Assembly (NCBI GenBank): GCA_963747775.1
Contig: CAVVGT010000002.1
Location: forward strand, 42,467-106,466
Reading direction: 5' to 3'
DNA: 64,000 nt
Origin: an uncultured beta proteobacterium
GTDB lineage: Bacteria; Pseudomonadota; Gammaproteobacteria; Burkholderiales; SG8-39
Under the pieces are notes generated by a model, which saw only the letters and a list, made by a program, of their open reading frames with translations, was not told where the DNA came from and did not search any database. Below are positions 56,135 to 64,000 of the stretch, in pieces (positions within the stretch are counted from its first letter, which is position 1; the number at the start of each line of letters is the position of its first letter). A program made the position numbers and the translations under genes.

Positions 56135-57178
56135 TCACACCGTCGCCACCGGCGTTGTCGGCGAGCCGACCGCGCCGGGCAGCCGCAGCGGCGGCGCGGT
56201 GAGCAGGAAGCGGCTGCGCTGGTTCGCCCGCAGCCAGGTCGCGAGATCGCGCAGCCACCACAGCTCGCCGAGCGGGACGCCGAGCTTGAACAGGCAGTGC
56301 TCGTGCAGCGGCAGGTTGGCGCGAACGCCGTCCTTCGGTTTGGCCGGGTACAGCTCGACCGCGTAATTGTCGGCAATGATCGCGGCGACGCCGCTGTCGG
56401 TGATCCACTGCAGCAGCCTGTCGTCGCGGCCGTCCAGGCACGCGCACGAGTTCTCGAGCACCTCGAGGTCGGGATCGCGGTTCATCCGCAGGATTACCGC
56501 GCTGAAGCCGGTGTGAAGGCACAGCAGGTCGCCGGGCTCGACGGCGACGCGATCCTTCTCCATGGCACGCATCAGGTCGTCGTAGCCGACCGCGACGCGT
56601 GCATCGCCGCAGTGCGCATGCAGGTCGACCAGCACGCCGCGGCCCTGGATGCACTTCAGCGCGAGGTGCTCGACGCCGAGGTTCTTCGCGCCGACGTGCG
56701 GACCGCAGGGATCCTCGATCACCTCGCCGAGGTAGCGCACCGCGCCCACGACGTGCTCGTCGGCGCGGTAGCCGTTGTAGTAGACGCGCTCCGGAACCCC
56801 GTCGCCGTCGGCGTCGAACCAGCTCCCCACGTGCGCGAGCGAATCCCACTGCGTGGAGTACTGCAGGCACAGCGTCACCTGATCGTCGCTGATCACGTCG
56901 GTCGCCTGCGCGTCGATCTTGCGGAGCGGGAAGTTCATGAACGGCTTCCCGTCGCGGTACGTCGCGTCGAGCCGCGGTGGATGACGGCGGGGATTCAGCT
57001 TGTTGCCGCCGGGGTAATCGAGCGGGAGCGACAGGCAGAACGCGAGGCCCTCGCGCACCTCGGCGACCGCCTGTTTCACCTTCCCGGGCGTGAGGAGGTT
57101 GAGCCGCCCGATCTGGTCGTCGGGTCCGAAGTCGCCCCAGGTGGAACCTTCGGGACGGTGCTTCCAGCGGGGATTCAT
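56135..57178 (-). CDS. cyclase-family (kynurenine-formamidase-like fold) protein
   Basis: ORF 56135..57178(-), starting MNPRWKHRPEGSTWGDFGPDDQIGRLNLLTP. The overall pattern is as I recall for proteins annotated as cyclase family. This is a family call from memory. Confidence 0.7.
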   Translation of the reverse strand: MNPRWKHRPEGSTWGDFGPDDQIGRLNLLTPGKVKQAVAEVREGLAFCLSLPLDYPGGNKLNPRRHPPRLDATYRDGKPFMNFPLRKIDAQATDVISDDQVTLCLQYSTQWDSLAHVGSWFDADGDGVPERVYYNGYRADEHVVGAVRYLGEVIEDPCGPHVGAKNLGVEHLALKCIQGRGVLVDLHAHCGDARVAVGYDDLMRAMEKDRVAVEPGDLLCLHTGFSAVILRMNRDPDLEVLENSCACLDGRDDRLLQWITDSGVAAIIADNYAVELYPAKPKDGVRANLPLHEHCLFKLGVPLGELWWLRDLATWLRANQRSRFLLTAPPLRLPGAVGSPTTPVATV

Positions 57179-57334
57179 GCGCTTTCCTCCGGGGCAGGGC
57201 TGGGACAGAGTCTAGCGTGGCGCCGCACGGCGCCGAACCGCCGCGGTGCGGAGACGCCCGCAGTTGATACGCGATGGGCGCAGGGTATAGTCTCCGCCGC
57301 CTGCGGTTTCGAGGCGTCCTCTCGAGGCAAAGCC

Positions 57335-57532
57335 ATGACAGCGAAAGTCAGTGAAGCCTACGTCACCGAAGTCCTGGCGATCCAGGGCGCTACCGTTGCG
57401 CCCGAGGCGCCGAAGGCGATCTCGGCCGCGCTGAGTGCCCAGCTCGCGGCGGCCGCGCCGGCCTACGCGGCGCTGCCGTTCGAGGCCGAACCGGGAACCT
57501 TTCTCGCGGTGCTGGCGAAGGAGCAGCCGTAA
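57335..57532 (+). CDS. small AtzG-like (DUF4089-like) protein, amidase partner
   Basis: This is the last 65 codons of composite ORF 56090..57532, from the ATG at 57335. It is Ala-rich and acidic (MTAKVSEAYVTEVLAIQGATVAPEAP...). Its stop overlaps the amidase ATG (TAATG). Confidence 0.55.
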   Translation: MTAKVSEAYVTEVLAIQGATVAPEAPKAISAALSAQLAAAAPAYAALPFEAEPGTFLAVLAKEQP

Positions 57533-58947
57533 TGGCCGCCGGCATCACCAGCCTCACCCTGACCGAGGTCGCCGCGCGCATCCGGGCGCGCGAGGTGTCC
57601 GCGACCGAGGTCCTCGACGCGGTGCTCGCGCGCGCGAAAGCGGTGCAGCCGAAGCTCAATTGCTTCCTGCGCATCGACGAGGAGCTCGCGCGCGCCGCCG
57701 CGAAGCTCGCCGACGCCGATCTCGCGCGCGGGCATCTGCGCGGGCCGCTGCACGGCGTGCCGCTCGCGCACAAGGACATGTACTTCCGCGCCGGCGTGCC
57801 GTCATCGTGCGGCTCGCGCGTCAAGGGCAAGGAGCCGGAGAAGGTCACGGCGACCGCGCTCAAGCGCCTCGACACGGCCGGCGCGATCCAGTTCGGCGTG
57901 CTGCACATGGCGGAGTTCGCTTACGGCCCGACCGGGCACAACTACCACGACGGGCACTGCCGCAATCCGTGGAACACCGCGCACGTTACCGGCGGATCGT
58001 CGAGCGGCTCGGGGTCGTCGGTCGCGGCGCGCGCCGGCTTCGCGGCGCTCGGCTCGGACACCGGCGGCTCGATCCGCCTGCCGGCGGCGATCTGCGGCAT
58101 CACCGGACTGAAGGTCACCTACGGCCGGGTGAGCCGGGCAGGTGCGATGCCGCTCTCGTTCTCGATGGACACGGTCGGTCCGCTCGCGCGCAGCGCGCAG
58201 GATTGCGCGCTGTTGCTAGGCGTTCTCGCCGGTGCCGATCCCGCCGACCCGACCGCGGCGACCGAGGCGATACCGGACTATGCCGCGCGACTCGCGCTGC
58301 CTGCGAAAGGGATGCGGGTCGGCATCCCGATGAGCTACTTCACCGAGGACATGGACTCGGGCGTCGGCGCGGCGATGACCGAGGGCCTCAAGGCGCTCGA
58401 GTCGCTCGGGTGCGAGATCGTTCCGGTCAGCCTGCCGGCCGAGATGGCGGCGATCGACGTCGCGGGGACGCACGTCATCGCCGCGGAGGCCGCGGCCTAC
58501 CACGGCAACTGGCTGCGCACGCGGCCGCAGGATTACTCGCCGCAGGTGCGCGCGCGCCTCGAGCGCGGCCTCGCGCTGCCGGCGACGCGCTACATCGACG
58601 CGCTGCGCCTGCGCGGCCACGCGCTCGCGGAGTTCTCGAAGTCGGTGTTCGCCAAAGTCGACGTGCTGCACGCGCCGTGCCTGCCGATCCCGTCGCCGAC
58701 GATCGCCGAGACCGACGTGGGCGGCGCGCCGACCATGGACCGCACGCTCGCGCTGATGACGAAGTTCATGCGGCCGTTCAACTATCTCGGCCTGCCGTCG
58801 CTCGCGCTGCCGTGCGGCTTCCTCGCGAGCGGGCTGCCGGTGGGCATGCAGCTCGTCGGCCGGCCGTTTGCGGAGGACGTGATCCTGCGGCTCGGTCACG
58901 CGTTCCAGCAGGCGACCGACTGGCACAAGAGAGAGCCGCGCCTTTGA
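57532..58947 (+). CDS. amidase-signature enzyme (GatA/AtzE-like)
   Basis: ORF 57532..58947. It has the catalytic Lys region (GVPLAHKDM) and the signature TGGSSSGSGSSVAA...GSDTGGSIRLPAA. Confidence 0.9.
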   Translation: MAAGITSLTLTEVAARIRAREVSATEVLDAVLARAKAVQPKLNCFLRIDEELARAAAKLADADLARGHLRGPLHGVPLAHKDMYFRAGVPSSCGSRVKGKEPEKVTATALKRLDTAGAIQFGVLHMAEFAYGPTGHNYHDGHCRNPWNTAHVTGGSSSGSGSSVAARAGFAALGSDTGGSIRLPAAICGITGLKVTYGRVSRAGAMPLSFSMDTVGPLARSAQDCALLLGVLAGADPADPTAATEAIPDYAARLALPAKGMRVGIPMSYFTEDMDSGVGAAMTEGLKALESLGCEIVPVSLPAEMAAIDVAGTHVIAAEAAAYHGNWLRTRPQDYSPQVRARLERGLALPATRYIDALRLRGHALAEFSKSVFAKVDVLHAPCLPIPSPTIAETDVGGAPTMDRTLALMTKFMRPFNYLGLPSLALPCGFLASGLPVGMQLVGRPFAEDVILRLGHAFQQATDWHKREPRL

Positions 58948-59119
58948 GCGCTCAGGCGGGAACCCCGAGTTTGAGCGGGCCGCCCGTCATCTTTCGCTGC
59001 CTCGCCGTCACGAGCACCGGGGGACCCGCGGCCATTGCCGGTGAAGCCGGCAGTCGCTGCATGACGGCCAGGGTGCACGCGCGGCGGGCGCGGGCGTTCG
59101 CCCGATCCCGGCAACCAAC

Positions 59120-59983
59120 GTGGCCGTCGCGCTCGCAGTCCTGAGCGCCTTGTGCTTCGGCGTCGGGCTGGTGACCGCCCGAGTGGGCCTGCGTTGGCTC
59201 GACGCGCGCGCCGGCGCCGCAATCAGCATCCCGATTGCGGCCGCGCTGTTCGCCCTCGCGGCGCCGCTCGCGATCGATTTTTCCGCCTTCAGCCTTCGCG
59301 CCGCGCTGATCTTCGCCGCCATCGGCGTCTTCTTTCCGGCGCTGGTGACGCTCTTCACCTTCCGGTCGAACGAGGAGCTGGGCCCGACGGTCACCGGTGC
59401 GGTGTCCGGCACCGCGCCGCTGTTCGCACTGCTCGGTGCGGCGCTGGTGCTCGGCGAGCGAATCCCGGCGGAGGCGGCGATCGCGGCGATCGGCGTGGGG
59501 GCCGGCGTCGCGCTGCTGTCCTGGAACCGGCGCGGCGTGCGGCGCGGGTTTGCCGGCCGGGCGCTGCTGTGGCCGTTCGCGGGTGCGATGGTGCGCGGAT
59601 TCGCGCAGGTCGGCGCGAAGGCGGGACTGCTGCTTTGGCCGAATCCCTTTGCCGCGGGCCTGATCGCCTATGTGATGTCGTCGGCAACCGTCGTCGGCGT
59701 CGACCGGCTCGGCCGCAGGGGGAAGCCGCGGCTCACTCCGCGCGGCTTCTGGTGGTTCGGCTTCACCGGGGTACTGAACGGCGGCGCGGTGCTGCTGATG
59801 TACACGGCGCTGACGCTGGCGCCGGTGTCGACCGTCGCCCCGTTGGTCGCCACGTATCCGCTCGTGACCGCGCTGCTCAGCGCCGCCGTGCTGCGCGAAG
59901 AGCGCGTCACGCGCCGCGTGCTGATTGGCGCGACGATCACCGTCGCGGCGATCGCCTATCTGGTAGCGTCGCCGGGCGCGTAG
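59120..59983 (+). CDS. EamA/DMT-family transporter
   Basis: ORF 59120..59983 with a GTG start. It has 10 hydrophobic helices arranged as two EamA-like halves. Confidence 0.85.
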   Translation: MAVALAVLSALCFGVGLVTARVGLRWLDARAGAAISIPIAAALFALAAPLAIDFSAFSLRAALIFAAIGVFFPALVTLFTFRSNEELGPTVTGAVSGTAPLFALLGAALVLGERIPAEAAIAAIGVGAGVALLSWNRRGVRRGFAGRALLWPFAGAMVRGFAQVGAKAGLLLWPNPFAAGLIAYVMSSATVVGVDRLGRRGKPRLTPRGFWWFGFTGVLNGGAVLLMYTALTLAPVSTVAPLVATYPLVTALLSAAVLREERVTRRVLIGATITVAAIAYLVASPGA

Positions 59984-60269
59984 GCACGAGGGCGGCTTGC
60001 GAACCAAAGCAGCTTCTTGACGAATCATAGGCCTGCAGGTGCGCGTAACTCGCGCACGTCTACACCGCCGTAGCGGCCTTTTGCGAGCTCCCTGCCTGAG
60101 TGTCTGCGATCGGCCCAACAGCGGCCGTCCGGACTTACCTCCCAATTCTCGTCAAAACGGCCGTTCGTAGGAACGCGGCATCTAGGGCCTCATCGGGGCT
60201 GTTACTGCCGTAGACAAGCGACGACGCTCATACGCCATTGAAGCTGGAGCGCGACTAATATCCGGCTTC

Positions 60270-61277
60270 ATGGCCAAGATCTTCCTCAGCTATCGACGCG
60301 ACGACACTCAAGGGGAAGCCGGACACCTAATGGCCGAGCTGCGCCAGCGCTATGGCCCTTCGAGCGTTTTCATGGACATCGGGGCGATCGAGCCGGGCGC
60401 GGACTTCGCCCACACAATCGAGCGGGCCATGCTGGACAGCGAGATCGTGCTGGTTCTGATCGGCAAAGCCTGGCTCGACGCGCGCGACGCGCGCAGTCGG
60501 CGCCGGCTCGAGGATCCACGCGACTGGGTGCGGCTCGAAGTCGAACTCGCACTGGCGAACCGGCGCCGCCTCATTCCCGTGCTGGTCCAAGGATCGCAGA
60601 TGCCAGCCGAAGAGGCGCTGCCCGAGTCGATGCGTCCGATGGTACGGTTAAATGCGCATGAGATTTCGGCACGGCGTTGGGACTATGACTTTCAGGCGCT
60701 CGCAAGTGTGCTGGACCGGCTGTTTGCCGGGGGCGCGCCGGCTGATTCAGCCACCGCGGCGCAACCGACCGCCAAATTCCCGCGCAAGCTCCTGGTAGGC
60801 GGTGGTTTGATCGTGGCAGTCGCAACCTTAGTCACGGCGCTGTATTCCGTGGGTTGGATCGGGTCCAACAAGCCGGACGAATCCAAGCAAAATGTGGAAA
60901 TCAACGCACAACGGAACTCGGGGTCAGACGTCCCCATGATTGAAGCGCTGCAAGCTCAAGTGGCTGAGCTTGAACGACAGGTTAGCAATCTCAAATCCGC
61001 CGCGACACAGAACCCAACCACGACCCCACAGGCTAAGGCACGAGAGTTACAGGACGGTCGAGACAAGATCATTCTTGAAATAGATGCAAGGATTGGGGAC
61101 ATAGATCAACGGAGGCGCGCCGCAGAACAAGCCCTCCCGTTGACGTCCGGTACGATCGAGAGGGCGAAGCTCGAGAACGAGATCCGCAATTTATCTCAAA
61201 TGCGAGTGGCGTTAGAGAATTTGCGTGAGACTACGGAGGAGCTAAGTAAGGACGTCATAACGAAGATTAAGGGATAA
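60270..61277 (+). CDS. TIR-domain protein with one TM helix and C-terminal coiled-coil region (335 aa)
   Basis: ORF 60270..61277. TIR hallmarks are present (MAKIFLSYRRDD, IVLVLIG, DWVRLEVELAL with the conserved Glu, IPVLV). The TM helix is LLVGGGLIVAVATLVTALYSVGWIG. A heptad-like Gln/Glu/Arg-rich tail follows. The 3' half has much lower GC. Confidence 0.85.
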   Translation: MAKIFLSYRRDDTQGEAGHLMAELRQRYGPSSVFMDIGAIEPGADFAHTIERAMLDSEIVLVLIGKAWLDARDARSRRRLEDPRDWVRLEVELALANRRRLIPVLVQGSQMPAEEALPESMRPMVRLNAHEISARRWDYDFQALASVLDRLFAGGAPADSATAAQPTAKFPRKLLVGGGLIVAVATLVTALYSVGWIGSNKPDESKQNVEINAQRNSGSDVPMIEALQAQVAELERQVSNLKSAATQNPTTTPQAKARELQDGRDKIILEIDARIGDIDQRRRAAEQALPLTSGTIERAKLENEIRNLSQMRVALENLRETTEELSKDVITKIKG

Positions 61278-61589
61278 GAGGCGATGACTGCTTCAGCCAT
61301 TGTGCTTGATTGGTCGCCCAACAATGCACTCAACACGGACGCGCAATGGACGCGCGTCGGGTAGCTTAGCCGTTGAACGTCCGTACATGGACGCCCCGGG
61401 TTGCCAAGCGTTCAGTTCGCGATGGATTTAGGCAGGATCGCGACCTCCTCGCAAACGTTGATCTTCTTGAAAGAGCACCGGATGTTAAGCGCCGCCTAGA
61501 CGCCGGGGGGCTGACGCCTGGGGTGGTGGTGGATAACATGTTGCGCAACCTAGCCTTGACCGCCTGCAATCATCGAGGGGGACGTTGGC

Positions 61590-62051
61590 GTGCATCGATA
61601 CGAAGCCCGGATCACCTGGCAGCGCGACGGCGCCAAGTTCACCGACAACCGCTATAGCCGCGGCCACGAGTGGTCGTTCGACGGCGGCGCGACCGTGCGT
61701 GCTTCCTCGTCGCCTCTGACCGTGAAGGTGCCGTACTCGGTTGCGGAAGCGGTCGACCCCGAGGAGGCGCTCGTCGCGGCGACCTCGAGCTGCCACATGC
61801 TCTGGTTCCTGTCGCTCGCCGGCCGGGAGGGCTTCGTCGTGGACCGCTACTCGGACGACGCGTTCGGGGTAATGGAGGACAACGCGGAGGGCAAGCTCGC
61901 CTTCTCCCGCATCACGCTGCGCCCGCGCATCGAGTTCGCGGGCGAGAAGCGACCGTCCGCCGACGAGCTCGCGGCGCTGCACCACTCGGCCCACGAAGAG
62001 TGCTTCATCGCGAACTCGCTGAAGTGCGACGTCGTAATCGAGGGAAGCTAG
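61590..62051 (+). CDS. OsmC/Ohr-family peroxiredoxin-like protein
   Basis: ORF 61590..62051 with a GTG start. It has two conserved Cys contexts (ATSSCHMLWFL and HEECFIANS). Confidence 0.85.
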   Translation: MHRYEARITWQRDGAKFTDNRYSRGHEWSFDGGATVRASSSPLTVKVPYSVAEAVDPEEALVAATSSCHMLWFLSLAGREGFVVDRYSDDAFGVMEDNAEGKLAFSRITLRPRIEFAGEKRPSADELAALHHSAHEECFIANSLKCDVVIEGS

Positions 62052-62060
62052 ACTGCGGCG

Positions 62061-62717
62061 ATGCCCCGGCTCCTCGTCATCAACCCCAACACCACGCAGG
62101 CAATCACCGAGCTTGTCGCATGGCACGTGCGCAATGCGGTCGGGCCCGGGTTCGAGATCGTCGCGGCAACGGGCAGCTTCGGCTGCGCCTACATCAGCTC
62201 GGAGGCCTGCTATGCGATCGGTGCGCACGCGGCGCTCGACTGTCTCGAGAAGCACGGGGCCGGATGCGACGCAGTGCTGCTCGCGTGCTTCGGCGACCCG
62301 GGGCTTTTCGCGCTGAAGGAGACGAGTCCGGTGCCGGTGCTCGGCCTCGCCGAGGCGTCGATGACCGAGGCGGCGGAGACGGCCGGGCGCTTCTCGATCG
62401 TGACCGGCGGTGTGGTGTGGAAACCGATGCTCGAACGGTTCACGGCACAGATCGGCTATGCCGACCGTCTCGCGAGCGTGCGCACCGTTGCGCTCGCGGG
62501 CGGGCAGATCGCCGCCGACCCGGATGCGGCGCTTGCGATCCTTGCCGAGGAATCCCGCGCGGCGGCGGAACGGGACGGCGCCAAGGTGGTGATCCTCGGC
62601 GGAGCCGGTCTCGCCGGGCTCGCTGCGCGCATCGCCGACCGCGTGCCGGTGCCGGTGCTCGACAGCGTGCTGGTCGGCGCGCGGCGGATCGCTGCGCTGG
62701 CCGGAAAGTCGCACTGA
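62061..62717 (+). CDS. Asp/Glu/hydantoin racemase family protein
   Basis: ORF 62061..62717, reading RLLVINPNTTQAITE...VLLACFGDPGL...VVILGGAGLAG. Confidence 0.85.
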   Translation: MPRLLVINPNTTQAITELVAWHVRNAVGPGFEIVAATGSFGCAYISSEACYAIGAHAALDCLEKHGAGCDAVLLACFGDPGLFALKETSPVPVLGLAEASMTEAAETAGRFSIVTGGVVWKPMLERFTAQIGYADRLASVRTVALAGGQIAADPDAALAILAEESRAAAERDGAKVVILGGAGLAGLAARIADRVPVPVLDSVLVGARRIAALAGKSH

Positions 62718-62734
62718 CCCAAAGGAGCGAAACG

Positions 62735-63517
62735 ATGGCAGAGAGATTGCTCGCCGGCGACACGGCGCTCGTCACCGGCGGCGCGTCGGGAATCGGGCGG
62801 GGGGTCGCGACCGCCTTCGCGCGCGAGGGCGCGCGCGTCGTGCTCGCGGACGTGGAGGCGGCGCGGGGCGAGGAGGTCGCCGCGGCGATCCGCGCCGCGG
62901 GCGGCGACGCGCGCTTCGTGACCGCCGACCTGTCGACGCGCGACGGGGCGGCAACGCTGCTCGCGAACGCGCTGGCGGCGCTCGGATCGCTCTCCATCCT
63001 CGTCCACAGCGCGAGCCCGCGGCGCCTCGAAGCCGATACCGTTGCGGCGGTGAGCGACGAGACCTGGGACCGCATGCTCGCGGTCAACCTGCGCGCCGGC
63101 TTCCAGCTCGGCCGCGACGCGGCACGCCACATGCGCGAGCGGGGCATCAAGGGCCGCATCCTGTTCATGACCTCGCTGCACGCCGAGTCGCCGCGCAACC
63201 TGCCGCACTACAGCGCGTCCAAGGCCGGGCAGACGATGGTGATGAAGGAGCTCGCGCGCGCCTTCGGGCCGCACGGCATCCGGGTGAACGCGATCGCGCC
63301 GGGCGCGATTCCCGGCGGCGGTTTCGACGCGAAGGGCGCGGGCATCGAGCGGCTCACGCGCTGCACCAGCCTGCGGCGTCTCGGCACGCCCGAGGACATT
63401 GCGGGGATGGCGTTAGCGCTTGTGTGCGAGCGCTTCTCGGCTTACGTCACCGGAACGACCGTCGCCGTCGACGGCGGTCTGGCGTTGCACAACTGGATCG
63501 AGCCGCCGGAGCTCTGA
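62735..63517 (+). CDS. short-chain dehydrogenase/reductase
   Basis: ATG at 62735 within ORF 61670..63517, with an aaaggag RBS upstream. It has ALVTGGASGIGRG, YSASKAG and IRVNAIAPG. Confidence 0.9.
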   Translation: MAERLLAGDTALVTGGASGIGRGVATAFAREGARVVLADVEAARGEEVAAAIRAAGGDARFVTADLSTRDGAATLLANALAALGSLSILVHSASPRRLEADTVAAVSDETWDRMLAVNLRAGFQLGRDAARHMRERGIKGRILFMTSLHAESPRNLPHYSASKAGQTMVMKELARAFGPHGIRVNAIAPGAIPGGGFDAKGAGIERLTRCTSLRRLGTPEDIAGMALALVCERFSAYVTGTTVAVDGGLALHNWIEPPEL

Positions 63518-63529
63518 TTTCAGGCGACT

Positions 63530-64000
63530 TCAAAGCGGATTCCCTGGGTTGCGGCCCTCGAGAATGTCGCGCATGCGCGCCTCGACGGCCGGCAGGATGC
63601 GCGGATGCGTGAGCACGTAGAAGCGCTCGTCGCGGACCGCCTCGAAGACCCGCTGCGCGATGTCCGCGGCCGACAGCCGGCCCGACTGCACCGCCTTGCG
63701 CATGTTGGCGTCGCGTGCCAGGTCCTCGTCGCTCTTAGCGCGCGTCTCGCTCAGGGCGGCGGGGCGCGAGCGCTCCGACTCCGCGATGCCCGACGGGAAG
63801 TAGGCCGGGCACACGCACCGAGCACCGCACTTTCGCGCCGCGCGCGGCGAGGTCGTGGTGCAGCGTCTCGCTCAGCGCCACGACCGCGTGCTTCGAGACG
63901 TTGTACATGCCCATGCCGGGCGGCGCAGATCAGGCCCGCGACCGACGCGGTGTTGACGATGTGGCCTTCGTCGTTCTGCGCGAGCGAGGATCGGCGTGAA
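63530..64000 (-). pseudogene. short-chain dehydrogenase/reductase, 3' part (5' end outside window), two +1 frameshifts
   Basis: ORF 63530..63814(-) gives the C-terminus (CPAYFPSGIAESERS...). Upstream sequences YNVSKHAVVALSETLHHDLAARGAKVRCSV and HIVNTASVAGLI are each in a different frame. Extra bases lie near 63815 and 63927. Confidence 0.75.

Noticed and set aside
60102-61323. Similar short strings on both sides of the TIR gene (gatcgg-cccaaca at 60108-60120 and gattggtcgcccaaca at 61308-61323, plus gccgtt..gaacg further on). These could be flanking direct repeats.
   Set aside because: The exact match is only 7 nt. Several such matches are expected by chance between two 300-nt flanks. Proper alignment would be needed before calling insertion-site repeats.
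61294-61374. A 26-codon ORF directly after the TIR gene, considered as a partner peptide.
   Set aside because: It is too short to evaluate from sequence. It is kept only as a note inside the TIR finding.
1-64000. A search of the whole window for CRISPR repeats, rRNA, intact tRNA, IS elements, transposases, integrases and prophage blocks.
   Set aside because: I saw no regularly spaced direct repeats, no rRNA-like conserved stretches, no cloverleaf-compatible tRNA and no transposase or integrase-like translations in any frame. The only mobile-element-flavoured gene is the ORF6N protein.

Overview
This is a high-GC bacterial chromosomal segment, roughly 68-70% GC by eye. Gene content looks like a free-living proteobacterium, possibly Burkholderiales-like, but that taxon is inference only. 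I call about 65 protein-coding genes. I found no rRNA, no intact tRNA, no CRISPR array and no IS, transposase or integrase. Most of the six-frame track is GC-driven artefact: very long ORFs that run through several real genes or lie antisense to them. The real content is mostly accessory metabolism and envelope functions: three sulfatases, several alpha/beta hydrolases, SDRs, a D-threonine-aldolase-like PLP enzyme, a threonine-dehydratase-family enzyme, a GlcD-like oxidase, an acyl-CoA ligase with a crotonase, an AtzG-like protein with an amidase, a complete RND efflux operon, MFS, EamA and DedA membrane proteins, a VapBC toxin-antitoxin pair, a two-component cluster with a 1437-aa multi-PAS hybrid kinase, and a cyclic-nucleotide theme (hydrolase-cyclase fusion, Crp regulator, cNMP-binding TrxR-like flavoprotein). 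Two small low-GC islets are the best candidates for novel biology. The first (43.3-44.0 kb) holds a translationally coupled pair: a minimal NDT/TIR-like protein and a SemiSWEET-like PQ-loop membrane protein. The second (60.0-61.6 kb) holds an orphan TIR-TM-coiled-coil protein. The window also carries about 12 single-base reading-frame breaks clustered in 8 accessory genes. Eleven look like one extra base and one is unresolved. They are either real gene decay or local consensus errors, and I cannot tell which from the sequence alone. All calls come from reading the translations by eye; no searches were run.
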